Below, in pieces: positions 41,349 through 54,834 of a DNA stretch of 64,000 nt. Under the pieces are notes generated by a model, which was not told the origin of the DNA, did no database searches, and was given only the letters and a program-made list of their open reading frames with translations. The stretch is from Octopus vulgaris. Lineage: Eukaryota. The position numbers and the translations under genes were made by a program. Position 1 is the first letter of the stretch; every line of letters starts with the position of its first letter. The stretch lies in the NCBI GenBank assembly GCA_951406725.2, contig OX597822.1:108128001-108192000 (forward strand). Reading direction: 5' to 3'.

Positions 41349-41671
41349 GACCCCCTTCGGTCAGACACTGACCATGGGTTTGCACCTAGATAGTTACCCT
41401 CTGAGGCACAAGTCTGGGCAAAGTTGTTTTTTTTTATGGAAGATCAGCAGTCGCCCATTCATACCGGTGTCCTCTCTCCACGTCACCGATGTTGTCCGTC
41501 CAAGGCAAAGGCAAAGGGGCCGATACAGCTTGGCACCTGTGACGTCGCAACTCATTTCTACAGCTGAGTGAACTGGAGCAACGTGAAATAAAGTGTCTTG
41601 CTCAAGAACACAACACGCAGCCCGGTCCGGGATTCGAGCTCACAACCTCACGATCGTAAGCTCGACGCTCT
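41349..41671 (-). mobile_element. tRNA-derived SINE (family B-like)
   Basis: Near-identical to 58816-59148. Confidence 0.85.
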
Positions 41672-41719
41672 CAAAATACAAAATACATTTCAGTTTCGAA
41701 ATATAATAAAATCTACAGA

Positions 41720-42600
41720 CAGAAATGAATTGATTTACGAAAGGTAGTTTTCAAACTTATGACAGTTCTTGCCTAGGCAATGCTGAGGGCCCGAAGCAAT
41801 GGAAACACGATCATCAAATAACATTTCCTTCAGTATTTATCTTTGCTCTCATTCTATGACTGCACTTAATTCATCAACTGTTGCCCGTTGTGTACCTTAA
41901 AGTTTACCTCGTAAATAACTCTCTCAGAAAAATTGCCCAGTGAACTCAGGTGGTATTCTACTGAATCTCTTTAAGCAATCCACTTTTATGGTGAAATCTC
42001 ATCAAGGCAGGACACTCTATATTACATATTACCATGGTAGGATAAGATGTGCCACATCTTGATAGAAATAAGCCCCACATAATCAAAATCTAATTGAATG
42101 TCACGGTAGCAACATCGAGTAAGTAGAATTTCTCACTGTAGCATAGAAAATAAGAATGTTCCAAATAATCTTTTGTTATTTGATAACCAATATACGGCGA
42201 CTCCTGTTAAAATTTAACAAACTGTTCCTTCGTAATATGCATATTCTTAGTTTCCCAATAGATTTAACTAAATCGGTTACTTGACACATTTCATATACAT
42301 GTAGCCTCATCATTCCAAATATTCTTTGTTGAAAAGAGTGCAGCATCTAGATATCTTGCCACAAACACCGGTTTTCTGTTTGGATCATTAATAGCAAGGA
42401 CTATTCTTTGAATGTAGCTCTACAAATGACAACATTTTGAATTTAAAAAATCTCATGCCTCGCTAGGTGCACTGATTTCCCTGACCCATGGCAATACGTT
42501 TCATGTACTTCTTTTAGTATTGTAGGGTTCGTCGAAGTTCTAAGTCATCAGGAACGTTTCATGAGGACGGACATTCTGAACAGTTCCATATTCTCCAAAT
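41720..42600 (-). pseudogene. Decayed Tc1/mariner-superfamily transposase
   Basis: Minus-strand fragments WNDEAT (WSDEA), YW.TKN.H, FYQDVA (FQQDGA) and VEYHLSS (WPPRSPD region) occur in the expected order. Confidence 0.6.
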
Positions 42601-42955
42601 TTTAATTCTAGTTCGACTGATGGTAAGTCGGGTAAATGTATTTGTTTCAAACTCTTCCCTGAAGTATCTTTCCAGTCCAACTACTTTTCCTAACTTCCAG
42701 TCTCTTTGTGTAATAAATTTCCTTTAGTCTCGATCCTTTTAGCTATCACTTGTTAAATAGTGTATATACAAGTTTGAATATCCTGTATTTGTTGAATTAT
42801 ACAGCCAGATATATGTGTTTGATATATATTGATATATAATTCATTCAATGCTTACATAAGTCAATCCACTATGAAATAAATTATTCTCTTTTAATACGAA
42901 ATAATTATTGCACAATGATAACACGCTTCCGTCTAAGTGAGAAAACACTGACACG

Positions 42956-43011
<56 letters not shown>

Positions 43012-43184
43012 CATCTTTCTATCTATCTACATATCTATCTGTCTGTCTGTCAGTCTGTCAGTATGTCTATGTATCTATCTATATATGTATATATATATAT
43101 ATATACATATATATTTATATATATATACACATCACATCATACATACATACACAAGTCCAGACCTCTCATACACACACACACCCT

Positions 43185-43485
43185 TATGTTGGGGCATGGT
43201 CATTTGACCCTGTTATCTCCCCTATTTTCGCTCTTGCGTCTCACGTTTGATCTTTGACTTCTGGCCGGAATCAGATCGCCATGTTGATTCGCTAGCTTCT
43301 GCACGCATTTTTTCTCTCTCCTTGTTTCTCTCCGTGTTTCTTTTCTGTGTATCTTTCTGTTGAAGAACGTAGGCTCGAAACGTAAAAGACTTCTTTTATT
43401 TATATTCCTGAGCGCCATACTAATACAATTGTTTGTTTGTATTCCACCTGCCTTCGTCTTTTGTTTATTTTCATAAAGCTTCCAG

Positions 43486-43487
<2 letters not shown>
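43185..43487 (+). mobile_element. Short repeat carrying a minimal HHR, ending in (TA)n
   Basis: Homologous pieces at 15085, 33590, 51868, 55825 and 56108. Confidence 0.8.
43352..43389 (+). ncRNA. Minimal type I hammerhead motif, CUGUUGA core variant
   Basis: tcttt CTGTTGA a gaac gtag gctc GAAA cg TA aaaga. Stem III is reduced to the palindrome ACGU. The copy at 51980 has a perfect gagc/gctc stem II. Confidence 0.6.
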
Positions 43488-43541
<54 letters not shown>

Positions 43542-43711
43542 CATACACACAATATATATAGATAGATAAACAGACGTATAGATACTCTGCGTTGAATTGG
43601 GATGCGTCTTTCTTCCGTCCAGGGCTTATATACCCCAATTTTGGACTATTATTCTTTGATCAATACAAGGTGACCTCTTAAAGCTTTCAGCTTATAAAAT
43701 ATTATTATTTA

Positions 43712-43762
<51 letters not shown>

Positions 43763-45177
43763 CATATAAGTTCCTGTATGTACATGCGCGCATACAGTTA
43801 CTATTAGATGTACTACAAAATACAAGTATTAGATGAATAATTTTTATAACATAACTGAGGTATTCCTATATGCATATTTCATACCGTACGCACAGGCATA
43901 CATTTACGCGTGTATATGTGTGCCTATGTACAATTATAATTACATATAATTCACAAAATAAAACCTTTGTGCCTGTCAGAGAGGTGAAAATCGGAGTGAA
44001 CATAACCAATGATTGAAAACCCGTAAACTATTTTGTTTATAATCATCTATGTGTGCATACGTTTAGCCACTCGTATATCTGTGCGTTGGTGTGTAGTTGT
44101 AAGAAATAATGATGCTTGTGAACTTGTTTATAGTAAAAACAATACATGAACATAGATTTACTGTTATTGATAAGAAAATAGCGTGCCTTACAAACACCAA
44201 TTTTATTTTATTTGTACTGTTTGTAACATGAAGCGGCAGTATATTATTAACTGGAACTCAGAAAGGAGACAAAGGTGAAAACAATTGAAAATAATTGACT
44301 TAGGATTAACTTCATTTATTGTCGTCTTAAAGATAATTGTTTGTGATTGTCTCACGTTTTAAAGGGAATTGAATTCTTGGAAAGACGAAACGAAAGGTCG
44401 ATTGGTAGAGCAAAATATGAAATGTTGTAAATGATGCATTGCATTGTTGATAAAGACAAACTTTAGCTCTTTTGTACATGATATACTATTGTTATTATCA
44501 GGATATTTTTACTCAGAACCGATTTATCTATGCTCTTATATTAAACTATAATTGATTTAGTTTGATTCTGTATATCTGCAATGCCCTCTAGAGGTACAAT
44601 TTCTTGACGTATTAAACTAAGAATTTATGATTACCCACCTCATAGTATTTGTAGGAACATTATAGAACCTACATGGAGAAAGACAATTGGTATTTAAAAA
44701 TATATCATTGTAAATTATCTAAAAAGAATTTATTCAATGTTAGGCAAAATGAAAGGCAGTTTTATGCTTTTATACGATTTTGATCGGTAAAGATTATATA
44801 CAGTGACGTAGTTCAAGTTACTGTGCTTTCTGTATTTAAGAAGATTTGACGCGTGGTGAATTCATGTCTAGGATCTGATATCAATAGCCACAAAATGCTG
44901 CTTCAATCTCTTCTAACATAAATGTGTTTATAAACCGACTGAAAATCAGACCACCCTCATAACCTGTTGGGTCATTTGCATAACTCTTTATGTTCGTTAT
45001 TGACACTGACCTCGTCATAACATTTCATAATTCACAATTCATTAAAGCTAAATTGTATTTATCGTAATTTTATTTCTTTGCGAGTATCAGTTTCAGTATT
45101 TAACAAGCAGAACACCAAACATTCTCGTTTACAAATCTGTAATCTACTTCATAGTCTGTTTTACATAATGGTTCTAA

Positions 45178-45640
45178 GGTGGTGAGCTCGCAGAAACCTG
45201 AGAACGTCGAGGACAATTATTAACGGTATTTAGTTCGTTTTAAGGCGGCGAGCTGGCAGAAATGTTAGCACGCCGGGCGAAATGCGTAGCCGTATTTCGT
45301 CTATCGTTACGTTGTGAGTAATTTCTAATTCCGCCGAGGTCGACTTTGCCTTTCATCTTTTCGGGGTCGATAAATTAAGTACCAGTTACGCACTGGGGTC
45401 GATGTAATCGACCTAATACCCATGTTTCTCCTTGTTTGTCCCCTCTATGTATAGCCCCTTGTGGGTAATAAAGAAATAGATATTTAGTTCGTTTTCTGAG
45501 TTCAAATACCACTGCGGTAGACTTTGTTTTTCACTTTTTGGGAGCCTATAAAAAAAGTTCCAGGTGAAAAGTAGGGTCGATTCAATGCAGTTAACCCCAC
45601 CCCGAAATTACTAGCCTTGTGACAAAATTCGTAATCATTA
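45178..45640 (+). mobile_element. Old family C SINE interrupted by a younger family C SINE (45244-45480) with 15-bp TSD
   Basis: tatttagttcgtttt at 45227-45241 and 45481-45495. Confidence 0.88.
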
Positions 45641-47978
45641 CATAAAATGGTTGTGCTACTATGTTCAAACCTTTTCTTAATTAGCTTCAAGGAAGGACAC
45701 ACTAACAATAGCAATTTTACTTTATCTCTAAGTGGATATTTATCTCGTTAATTAACCCATAATTCATTATAACATCTTTTCGAAATAACAGCTGAATTTT
45801 AAGCTTAATTTGCAAGTTAATTAGTTTAACAAAAGATACAACCGCAAAAGTGTCTATCTACCTTTATCTGAAGTATATTTATAAACAACTCGTGTATTCT
45901 TATCTAAAAAATGTTAAACCTATTTACTAAGTCATTCTTGAATGCTACAATTTAATAGTATCATAAACGATTATTGCTAAGGCGTAAATTATATTTGCTG
46001 CAAATGCTTTTAGACTGGGAAACTAATAGATGAAATTGGTTACTATGTTCTTGAGATTTTGCTTATAAATGTCATTTTTACTTTTGATTTAATAAACGGT
46101 ATCTTGTTTACGTAGACGAAGGCTGACTTAATTTAATTTGGTAAAAGTACCAAAAATCTAAATAATGCCTGTAGTTTCTCTGTTCAAGATTCGACTAGAC
46201 GTACACTGACCTCAATTCTTTCGCTCTTTATTATATCTGTAGTTTAAAGCACTGGTGTTCGTTCCAATCTCAATCACATTTCGTCTGCGAATTTTGTTGC
46301 ACATAATGCATCTAATAATCAACCACTTTTGCATGTCGGTTTTGCAATTCATTTTACCGAACATTTGAATAGAAATAACCGATACTATGGAGAAATCGCT
46401 CATTATTTCAAAAGACAACCACTAAAGATATATGTAAGGCGTAGCAAACCAATAATTCAATTCGATAGGAAATTTGAGTTCTTGTGAAAGTTTATCTAAC
46501 TTCTAAGGGCTTTCCTGTCGGTAAAACATCACAGACATTAGTATATATTTTCATATATAATTCTAAAATATTCACTTCCCTGTTTTAAGTTGTAAGGAAA
46601 CGTGTTTTTGGTATGTTGGCCAACATCTTTACTATATCAAGAGACCACTATTTTTACATGTAGAATATCGTGGTGTTCACGCATTTCGAATGTGGCGTGA
46701 GTGTGGAGAATTTACAAGAAGGTTAAGTCGGGTACTCAGACAACATTTTTAATTAAAATATTAACAGAATTGTCTGTGATGCTGATGAAACATTCATAAC
46801 TAAGTTCCAGTTCGAAAAAGCTAATTTAAAATAAAAATGTGTATAGAAAACATTTCTGATATAAAATAATTTCAATTAGTCCCAACAGAGATTGATTCCA
46901 GACTGCTCAATCACTGAGAAGCTATGTGACGTCTTAACCTCCGGTTAGTGGCACTCGTAAAGAAAACCAATCCGGACTACGATAAATTTCTTAATACTCA
47001 TATAATCAGTAGAACGCCGGATTCATAAAATAGATTAGTTTAATTAATTAAAATCACGAGTGTTGTCTCAATTGCATTTATTGACTAGAATTAGTCATTA
47101 AGATTGTAATTTCCATTAATTAAATTTCTCGGCTAACTACGTGCAAGTAAAATAGCAATGCGTTTACAATACCGACAATATTTAGCGCTATTCATTCTGA
47201 GTGCAAATTCGAGTTCGGTATTATTTACATTCGTTTTCACTTGGATTATTTAAGGCAAGAAATGGAATGTTGTTACCAGTTTCCTTTCTTGTCCCAACAA
47301 CAAGAACTAATGATCATCACGGAAAAATTAACAACAGCTTACACCTTAATAGTATGAATGTGGATGAAATACACCTTTATAAACACTTTCATGCAATCTG
47401 TAATAATACAAAGGGCAGCAGAAAGTCCTCCTACGATTTACATGTCCATGAATGTAGGCAGGTAGTAAAAATGTCTTCGAGGAGATGCTGGCTTATAGGT
47501 TTTGTTTTTCTAGTAATTATTTTGACTTCTACCGGTGCATAGCACATATTTGCTGTTGAAACATTTGTTATAACGGTGAGACTGATATCTTTTTTTTTTT
47601 TTTGCCAGAACCTGTATGTGTCCCTAGGTAACTGTGTGCTCATAATTTGGAATTAAGTAGACATTTTTTTTCAGTCCCGTTTATATTAATTAATGCAATC
47701 GTATTATTCATTTCTGCTGTTAGTTTTAGGACCTACGCCTCTTATTTTCTATTATGTTTTAGAACATTTAAGTCGTTGCAGACCTAAGTCGTCTGCGCCA
47801 CTAATGAATACAATATAGAGATATTCTTTAATTTCAATTTATATAAACTTTAAACATAGACACATATAGACAGACACAGATGATATATATATATGTGTGT
47901 ATATGTATGTGTAAATATATATATATATGCCCACTGTGTGTGTCCTCACATGTATACATATATATATATATATTGATA

Positions 47979-48507
47979 CCCCAGAGGGCACTCACTAAAC
48001 GAATTGAAGGCATGGCTGCTCTCGATTATTGGGATCTGCTTAAAGCCTTGAAACTTTACTCCCTCCAGCGTCGCCGTGAGCGGTACATCATTTGTACGAT
48101 GTGGAAAATATACCGCCAATTTTGCCCAAACGACCTAAACATTAGCTTCAAGGGTAATCCAAGACTTGAACCACGGGCTATACGTCCCCTGCCCAATTCA
48201 AGATCACAACATACATGTACACTGCAACATAATTTCTTTTCCTCAACAGGCCCTTCCCTATTTAACATTGTCCCGAGGGAGATCAAAGAGGAAAAGGATC
48301 CCATCAACTTTAAACAGAGTCTAGATAGATTCCTTCAAAGAATACCAGATAAGCCACCCATAATTGGATACAACTCACCCAACAAGAACTCCCTACTTGA
48401 ACAAAACTTGACTTAAACAGGACTCGAATAATCCTATCAGGTGGTGCTATTAAGTTAGACATGGCCTGGACCAATCTTTGGTCGAAACATATCTAAGTTT
48501 ATCTAAG

Positions 48508-48510
<3 letters not shown>
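47979..48510 (+). mobile_element. CR1-like LINE 3' fragment (same family as 27361-29935), in (TA)n
   Basis: PQRALTKRIEGMAALDYWD..LKLYSLQRRRERY; same 3' UTR and tatctaagt tail. Confidence 0.93.
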
Positions 48511-48581
<71 letters not shown>

Positions 48582-49194
48582 TATATATATAATATTTATT
48601 TATCACTCTATCTACCTATCTCTATATATTTGAATACGTAATACATTGTAACGGATAATTTTTTATTCCCTGTACTTAGAGTTTCTCCTTTCCTACAACC
48701 AGCTAATAAACCGATGTAGCGCTCGTTTCTTCTAAAACATCCCTTCTGAACTTTTTGTAAATATGGATTGAACACTTCAAGAAGACGCTTATCATTCTTT
48801 CCTTGCTTTTAAAAGCCTTTGAGAACGAGACGTACAAAACGCGATGTTGATTTCATTTTTGGTTCACACGAGAATAATATAACACCGGGTTTTCATTTCT
48901 CTAGCATTTCGTGAGTTCAACACAGTTTTTTCTTTACATAAGTAATGTTTTTAAATACCAGCTATTTTTTTCTCAGAACACCGGAAATTATATCCTAACC
49001 AATTTAATCTTAAATGACACCAGTATAATGTTTTTCATTGTACTACTTCTAGTAAACATCGTAGAATACATTACCCCACTCATGTTATCTTATATTTGTA
49101 TCCATCTTCCTTTAACACGGTTTTAAAGTTTTCTCTAGCATTTGGTGAGTACAATGTAGACTTTTTTTTTTATATATACCTAATATTTTAAGTT

Positions 49195-49567
49195 GGAGGC
49201 GCAATGGCCCAGTGGTTAAAGCAGCGGACTCGCGGTTTCGATTCCCAGACCGGGCGTTGTGAGTGTTTATTGAGCGAAAACACCTAAATGCTCCACGTGG
49301 CTCCGGCAGGGCATGGTGGTCATCCCTGCTGTACTCTTTCGCCACAACTTTCTCTCACTCTTACTTCCTGTTTCTGATGTACGTGTATTTCAAGGGGCCG
49401 GCCTTGTCACTCTCTGTGTCACGTTGAATATCCCCGAGAACTACGTTAAGGGTGCACGTGTCTGTGGAGTGCTCAGCCACTTACACGTTAATTTCACGAG
49501 CAGGCTGTTCTGTTGATTCGGATCAACCGGAACCCTCATCGTCGTAACCGATGGAGTGCTTCCACAC
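49195..49567 (+). mobile_element. tRNA-derived SINE (family B head) with probable 12-bp TSD
   Basis: aatattttaagt (49182-49193) and aatgttttaagt (49568-49579). Confidence 0.85.
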
Positions 49568-50253
49568 AATGTTTTAAGTACAAAATGTTCTTTGTTAGAA
49601 CACCGGAAATTATATCCCAACCATTTTCTTCCTAACTTATACCAACGTTATTCATCCAATCTTTATTTACATTTCTCAATCTAATTCTTTGTATATTACT
49701 GCCCTCATGATAAGATAGATCTGTCTTTCTACTATCACCCTCACATAAACATTTATTAATAAATATATTTACATTTAAATGGAGCTATGGTATATTCTTT
49801 TAAGAACGTAGTAGAGTACAGTGTAAAGTTCGTCCACCTTCAGAGTTAGCCTGTGCTATCCAGCAGTTGTATTTTAAACCTGCAGCCACTCTAACAGTAT
49901 CAGAATCATTAGACCACTACATCTACACATTCAAAGCAGTTTACCAAATGTCATTCAGCATCAACAAACCTTCATAAACTCAGTAACTATTACTAAACTC
50001 AGGCCACGACAGACAGAGTGGATGATCTTGGAGTCGAGAATTTGAACTTACAGAGACAATATTTACACATGACCTACGGAAATACAACTAGATCTCACAA
50101 TGCAGGGAGACTGTAGTGTAATCAAGTACCGGTATGCCTAGAGAACTAAGCTGCACGGAAACAGTTGTAGTATCAAAAATTAAATGTCCAAAGTTACTAC
50201 TTCTTGTTGACTCCAGCATTTTCTATTATATATGTTTGTATATCTATGTTTAG

Positions 50254-50284
<31 letters not shown>

Positions 50285-50321
50285 CAATACGTATATATAT
50301 GTGAATATATATATGTATATT

Positions 50322-50397
<76 letters not shown>

Positions 50398-50446
50398 CAT
50401 GTATATATATATATATATACATATGCATATGTATATGATTTTTTAA

Positions 50447-50477
<31 letters not shown>

Positions 50478-51867
50478 AGCATTAATGAATCTCTGTTATT
50501 CTGTTAGTCTGTTACAAAGAGCTTAGATGATGTTAAACAGACATTTTAATTGCACAAATGAAATTAACTTCTAAATTTAAAAATTGAAATTGTAACGATG
50601 TTTACTAAAGAAATTTACGGATATTTGAAATATAGAATAAATACGAACCAATGAGCCGCTTCATTACTTTATTGAATTTCAATTTTGTTTTTTATAGCAC
50701 CGTTGGATAAATGAATTACTACACTATGTTTGCTCGTGAATAAATATTAACCATTTAAATATCCAATCCACAACATGTATGCATACGCACACACACATAT
50801 ACACACATACACATAGACACACACACATAGACACACACACATACATACACACACATACATATATCCTTGTATAAAATGAACTTTTCCTCCATATGAAACA
50901 GATTAGACGAATAGGTATTTGTGATAATATTAGAACGTAAGCATATGCCGTATGTACAGCATGGGACCAGCCTTTTGTGGGGTGACCCCTAAAATGCGAG
51001 ACGATTAAGGTGATACATATATTTATATATATTTCAATTGTACAGGATTCAAAATATTTCAAATACTACTTCGCAACGTTACTACATTCGAAACTAATAT
51101 GGTTGCATTCCTACAATTTCACATAAACAGTAAGCAAATAAGCAAATAATTTTTTAAACACGATATTGTAAACTTATCTAATTTCCGTAATCAAACATAA
51201 CACTTATATAAGTTTAAAATTTAATAAAAATCTGTGAAAATTGTAAACAATTCTAAAGGTATTGAATAAAAACAAATAGATTACACACGTAAATATTTAT
51301 TCGTAAATAAGATAAACGTTAGTAAAATTGATCTTGTATCAACTCACCTGACACAAAATGCCGAATAGCGAATATGATGTTAAAATAAACACCTAATACC
51401 TGACACTTATATATATTGAACGAAATTTACAAGTATAAATACATTCCAAAGATTAAATCTATAATACTGGGTACATTTTTTGTAAATACAATGTATACAG
51501 TTATTAACATATGTGTTTGAATCATCACACACATATGCGCACACGTGCATATATTTTGCGGGTGTGTCTGTGAGTATGACTGGGAGTGTGTGTGTATGTA
51601 CGTACAACATACATGGATCTCCTTTAAATTAGAAAAAAATAATCTATATATCTGTATTTCATATTATTAGGAACTATATATTTTTGATTATTCTGTACAT
51701 TGCGCGCAGTCCAATGAATGAAGCAAGTAGAAAGTATAAGCTGATAGCTTTTTTTATATGTATGTATGTGTATATATATATGTGTGTGTGTATGTGTGTG
51801 TGTGTGCGTATGTATACGTATGTGAAACGAAGGCATTTCTCTTCCATTATATATATATATATATATA

Positions 51868-51988
51868 CAACGGGAAGGTCTACGAAAATAAACAAAATAC
51901 GAAGGCAGGTGGAGTACAAACAAACAAATGTATTAGTATGGCGCTCAGGAATAGAAATAGAACAAGTCTTTTACGTTTCGAGCCTACG

Positions 51989-51990
<2 letters not shown>
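51868..51990 (-). mobile_element. Truncated copy of the 43185 family (3' half of HHR) between (TA)n tracts
   Basis: Minus strand gagcgtaggctcGAAAcgTAaaagact...cctgagcgccatactaataca. Confidence 0.8.
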
Positions 51991-52043
<53 letters not shown>

Positions 52044-52049
<6 letters not shown>

Positions 52050-52674
52050 TATAAGCAAGGTCTACCGAAAGTTTTTCTAAAGCCAATATACTGAAATCCA
52101 CGTTTAATCCACTTGCTACAGAAAGTTGAACTGAAATTCGGGCAACTATACCTTTGGAACACTTAAATTCCGTTATCTCAATATTGAATCAATTTCGGAA
52201 TTAACACCATAAGTGTCGTTCGTCTTCAGTTAAGCTTACGAGAGAATATAAGTGAGATACTCATATGTGCCCCTGGAAAACAGCGGAAGCGAATAACACA
52301 AGCACATCTGAGTAACCCCGTTATATCCCAAAATAAATGTTCTTAGGTTAAGTCTCAGAACAACCTGTTGACTTGCCGCCGCCACATATTGTAGTGGTTA
52401 CAAGTCCCCCTGCAGCAAGCAGCAATTAGTGTACTGCTATTAAAAGGAATGTAGCCTTTTTCTCTACAGAAAAAAACTCCATCAGGAATTGTGGCAGTAT
52501 ATTAAAAGAACCTTTACGGTTAAATATTATAAATATAAGTATATTGGCTTTAGAAAAATAGCCCTTGCTTATAAGATATTTATAATTTTTAACCGTAAAG
52601 GTTCTTTTAATGTACTGCCACAATTCCTGATGGAGTTTTTTTCTGTAGAGAAAAAGGCTACATCCCTTTTAATA

Positions 52675-52675
<1 letters not shown>
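52044..52675 (-). mobile_element. PLE/retrozyme-like element: about 490-nt monomer plus inverted segment spanning the monomer junction
   Basis: 100-bp inverted arms at 52437-52536 and 52576-52675; the loop is the reverse complement of 52044-52092; (TA)n on both sides. Confidence 0.82.
52177..52234 (-). ncRNA. Type I hammerhead ribozyme motif
   Basis: cttaa CTGAAGA cgaacgacac ttat ggtgttaattcc GAAA ttgattcaa TA ttgag; the closing pair of stem II is C/C. Confidence 0.72.
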
Positions 52676-52717
<42 letters not shown>

Positions 52718-53671
52718 GTGTGTGTGTGTGTGTGTGTGTATATTTGTGTAAATGTGTATAGAAAAATATATCAACTGAATAAAGTTAGCACATGGTCTGA
52801 TTTTCATTTGTTTTATTATTGGACTTAAAACAAAATTTAAAACAAAATACGATACTGAAGTGTGTTAAACATTAAAAAAATATAATGATCATCAAATTCT
52901 TCCTTTTTACCCCTTTTCAAAGACTCCAACTAATTGAATTTTTGTAATACGATTTTGACCAAACAGTATGAAGCTTAAAGCCACGGTTTGCGGGCGCACA
53001 GATATTACTGGCATAGACTCCATTTTTATTTCAACCCATCGGCTTGCGATTTACATGTAATGGTATTATGTGTGAGCAAACTTAGTTGGTTTCGATTGTT
53101 TTATTTCAATCGTTGGGAGTCTTCTATAATTTGTATATTATAATATATTGAAGGTATTTTTTTTTATTCCACATCATCAACTGGGTGTTATATTATTGTT
53201 GTTATTTCCATTCAGAACAGGTTTGAACATTTTAGGAGAAACGTTTTTCTTTTATCTTTCTTCCAATCGCACTTGTGTTATGTAGTATGTGGAAAGGAAA
53301 AATTAGAAACATTTTTCTGATCATATATTTCTATATGTTCACTCAATGGAATTTGGCGAACATTAGCGTTCCAGATCTGTTATCTGTGGACTTGTAAGCG
53401 TTCCGATAAGGCATTCCCTATCTCGCCATATGTAGTTACTCGCAATTAAGGAAATCAAATTTCTGCTTTGGCAGTTTTTCTGCATTTGTGAAAATCTGTT
53501 AATTTCTTTCTTCTTACGGATCTACAAGTATGCAAGTATGGACACGTTCCACATTTGTTATAATTACACTTGAATACTGTAATTGTTTTATCATGTTTGT
53601 TCCTGTTGGATTTTGCCTTTGTTGGTGGTTTTTATAGATTACGTGTTTGCTTCTGGCTTTGGTGTTTGGTT

Positions 53672-54122
53672 CTTTTATTTTTTTATTCTTTTACTTGTTT
53701 CAGTCGTTTTCTTGCGGCCATACTGGAGCACCATCTTTAGTAGAAAAAATCTACCTCAGGACTTATTGTTTGTACGCCTAGTACTTATTTTATCGGTTTT
53801 TTGTCGAACCGGTAAGTTACGATGACGTAAACACACTATCATCGTTTGTCAAGTGATGATGGGTATACAAACATAGACACAAACAACAAATAAGTACATA
53901 CACACACACACACATACACACACATATATATATATATGTATCTATATATATATATACACGAAGGGCTTCTTTTAGTTTCTGTCTACCAAATCCAATCACA
54001 ACGCATTAGTGGGTCCGAGGTTATAGTAGGAGACACTTGCCCAAGGTGCGAAGCAGGGGAATGAACCCGGAACCATGTCGTTGGGAAGCAAGTTTCTTAC
54101 CACGCAACCAATCCTGCGCCTA
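53672..54122 (-). mobile_element. SINE family A
   Basis: Matches 3972-4373. Confidence 0.88.
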
Positions 54123-54533
54123 TTAGTTATGTTTTTGAAATTTTTCACTTTGTTTCATGATTGGCAAATTTGTTTTGATGATGTTTAAAATGCTTTAGTA
54201 ATGTCGGTTATGTGTTACTAAAAATGGTATTGTTTTCCGTTGAGGGGTTCGTCTTTCTCGTGTTCCTGTAAGTTGTTCTATAAGTATCTGTTTTGCTCGT
54301 TGTATGCTATTGTCTATAATTAGGAGAGGGTATTTGGATCATTTACTATAGTAGAAAGTCGATCATCTATTATCGTAAAAATTTTCCTTTGTCGACAGTA
54401 CGGGATATTTCATTTTGTGTGTGTTGCGTGGCATGATTTGAAATGTAGGTACTGATGTGTATCTAAAATTTTTGTAATAAATATCAGTTATGATTCTGGT
54501 GTTGATTTTAATTACCATTATGGTATGAAATGT

Positions 54534-54834
54534 GCAGGCACATGGCCTAGTGGTTAGAGCAGCGGACTCGCGTTCGAGGGATCGCGGGTTCGAACCTCAG
54601 ACCGCCCGATGTGTGTGTTTATGAGCGAGACACCTAAGCTCCACGCGGCTCCGGCGGAAGTTAATGGCGAAGTTCTGCTGACTCTTTCGCCACAACTTTC
54701 TCTCAATCTTTCCTCCTCCATCTTGCAGCTCACCTGTGACGGACTGGTGTCCCACCCAGGTGGGCAACCTATACGCCAACGAAACCGGGAAACCGTCCCT
54801 ATGAGCCAGGCGTGGCTCGAGAAGGAACAAACAA
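54534..54834 (+). mobile_element. tRNA-derived SINE (family B head)
   Basis: gcaggcacatggcctagtggttagagcagcggactcgcgttcgagggatcgcgggttcgaacctc. Confidence 0.85.

Noticed and set aside
46780-46825. ctgatga..gttcgaaa
   Set aside because: No stem I partner or valid cleavage triplet context.
50120-50175. gaaacagttgta-gtat HHR-like 3' half
   Set aside because: No recognisable CUGANGA core.
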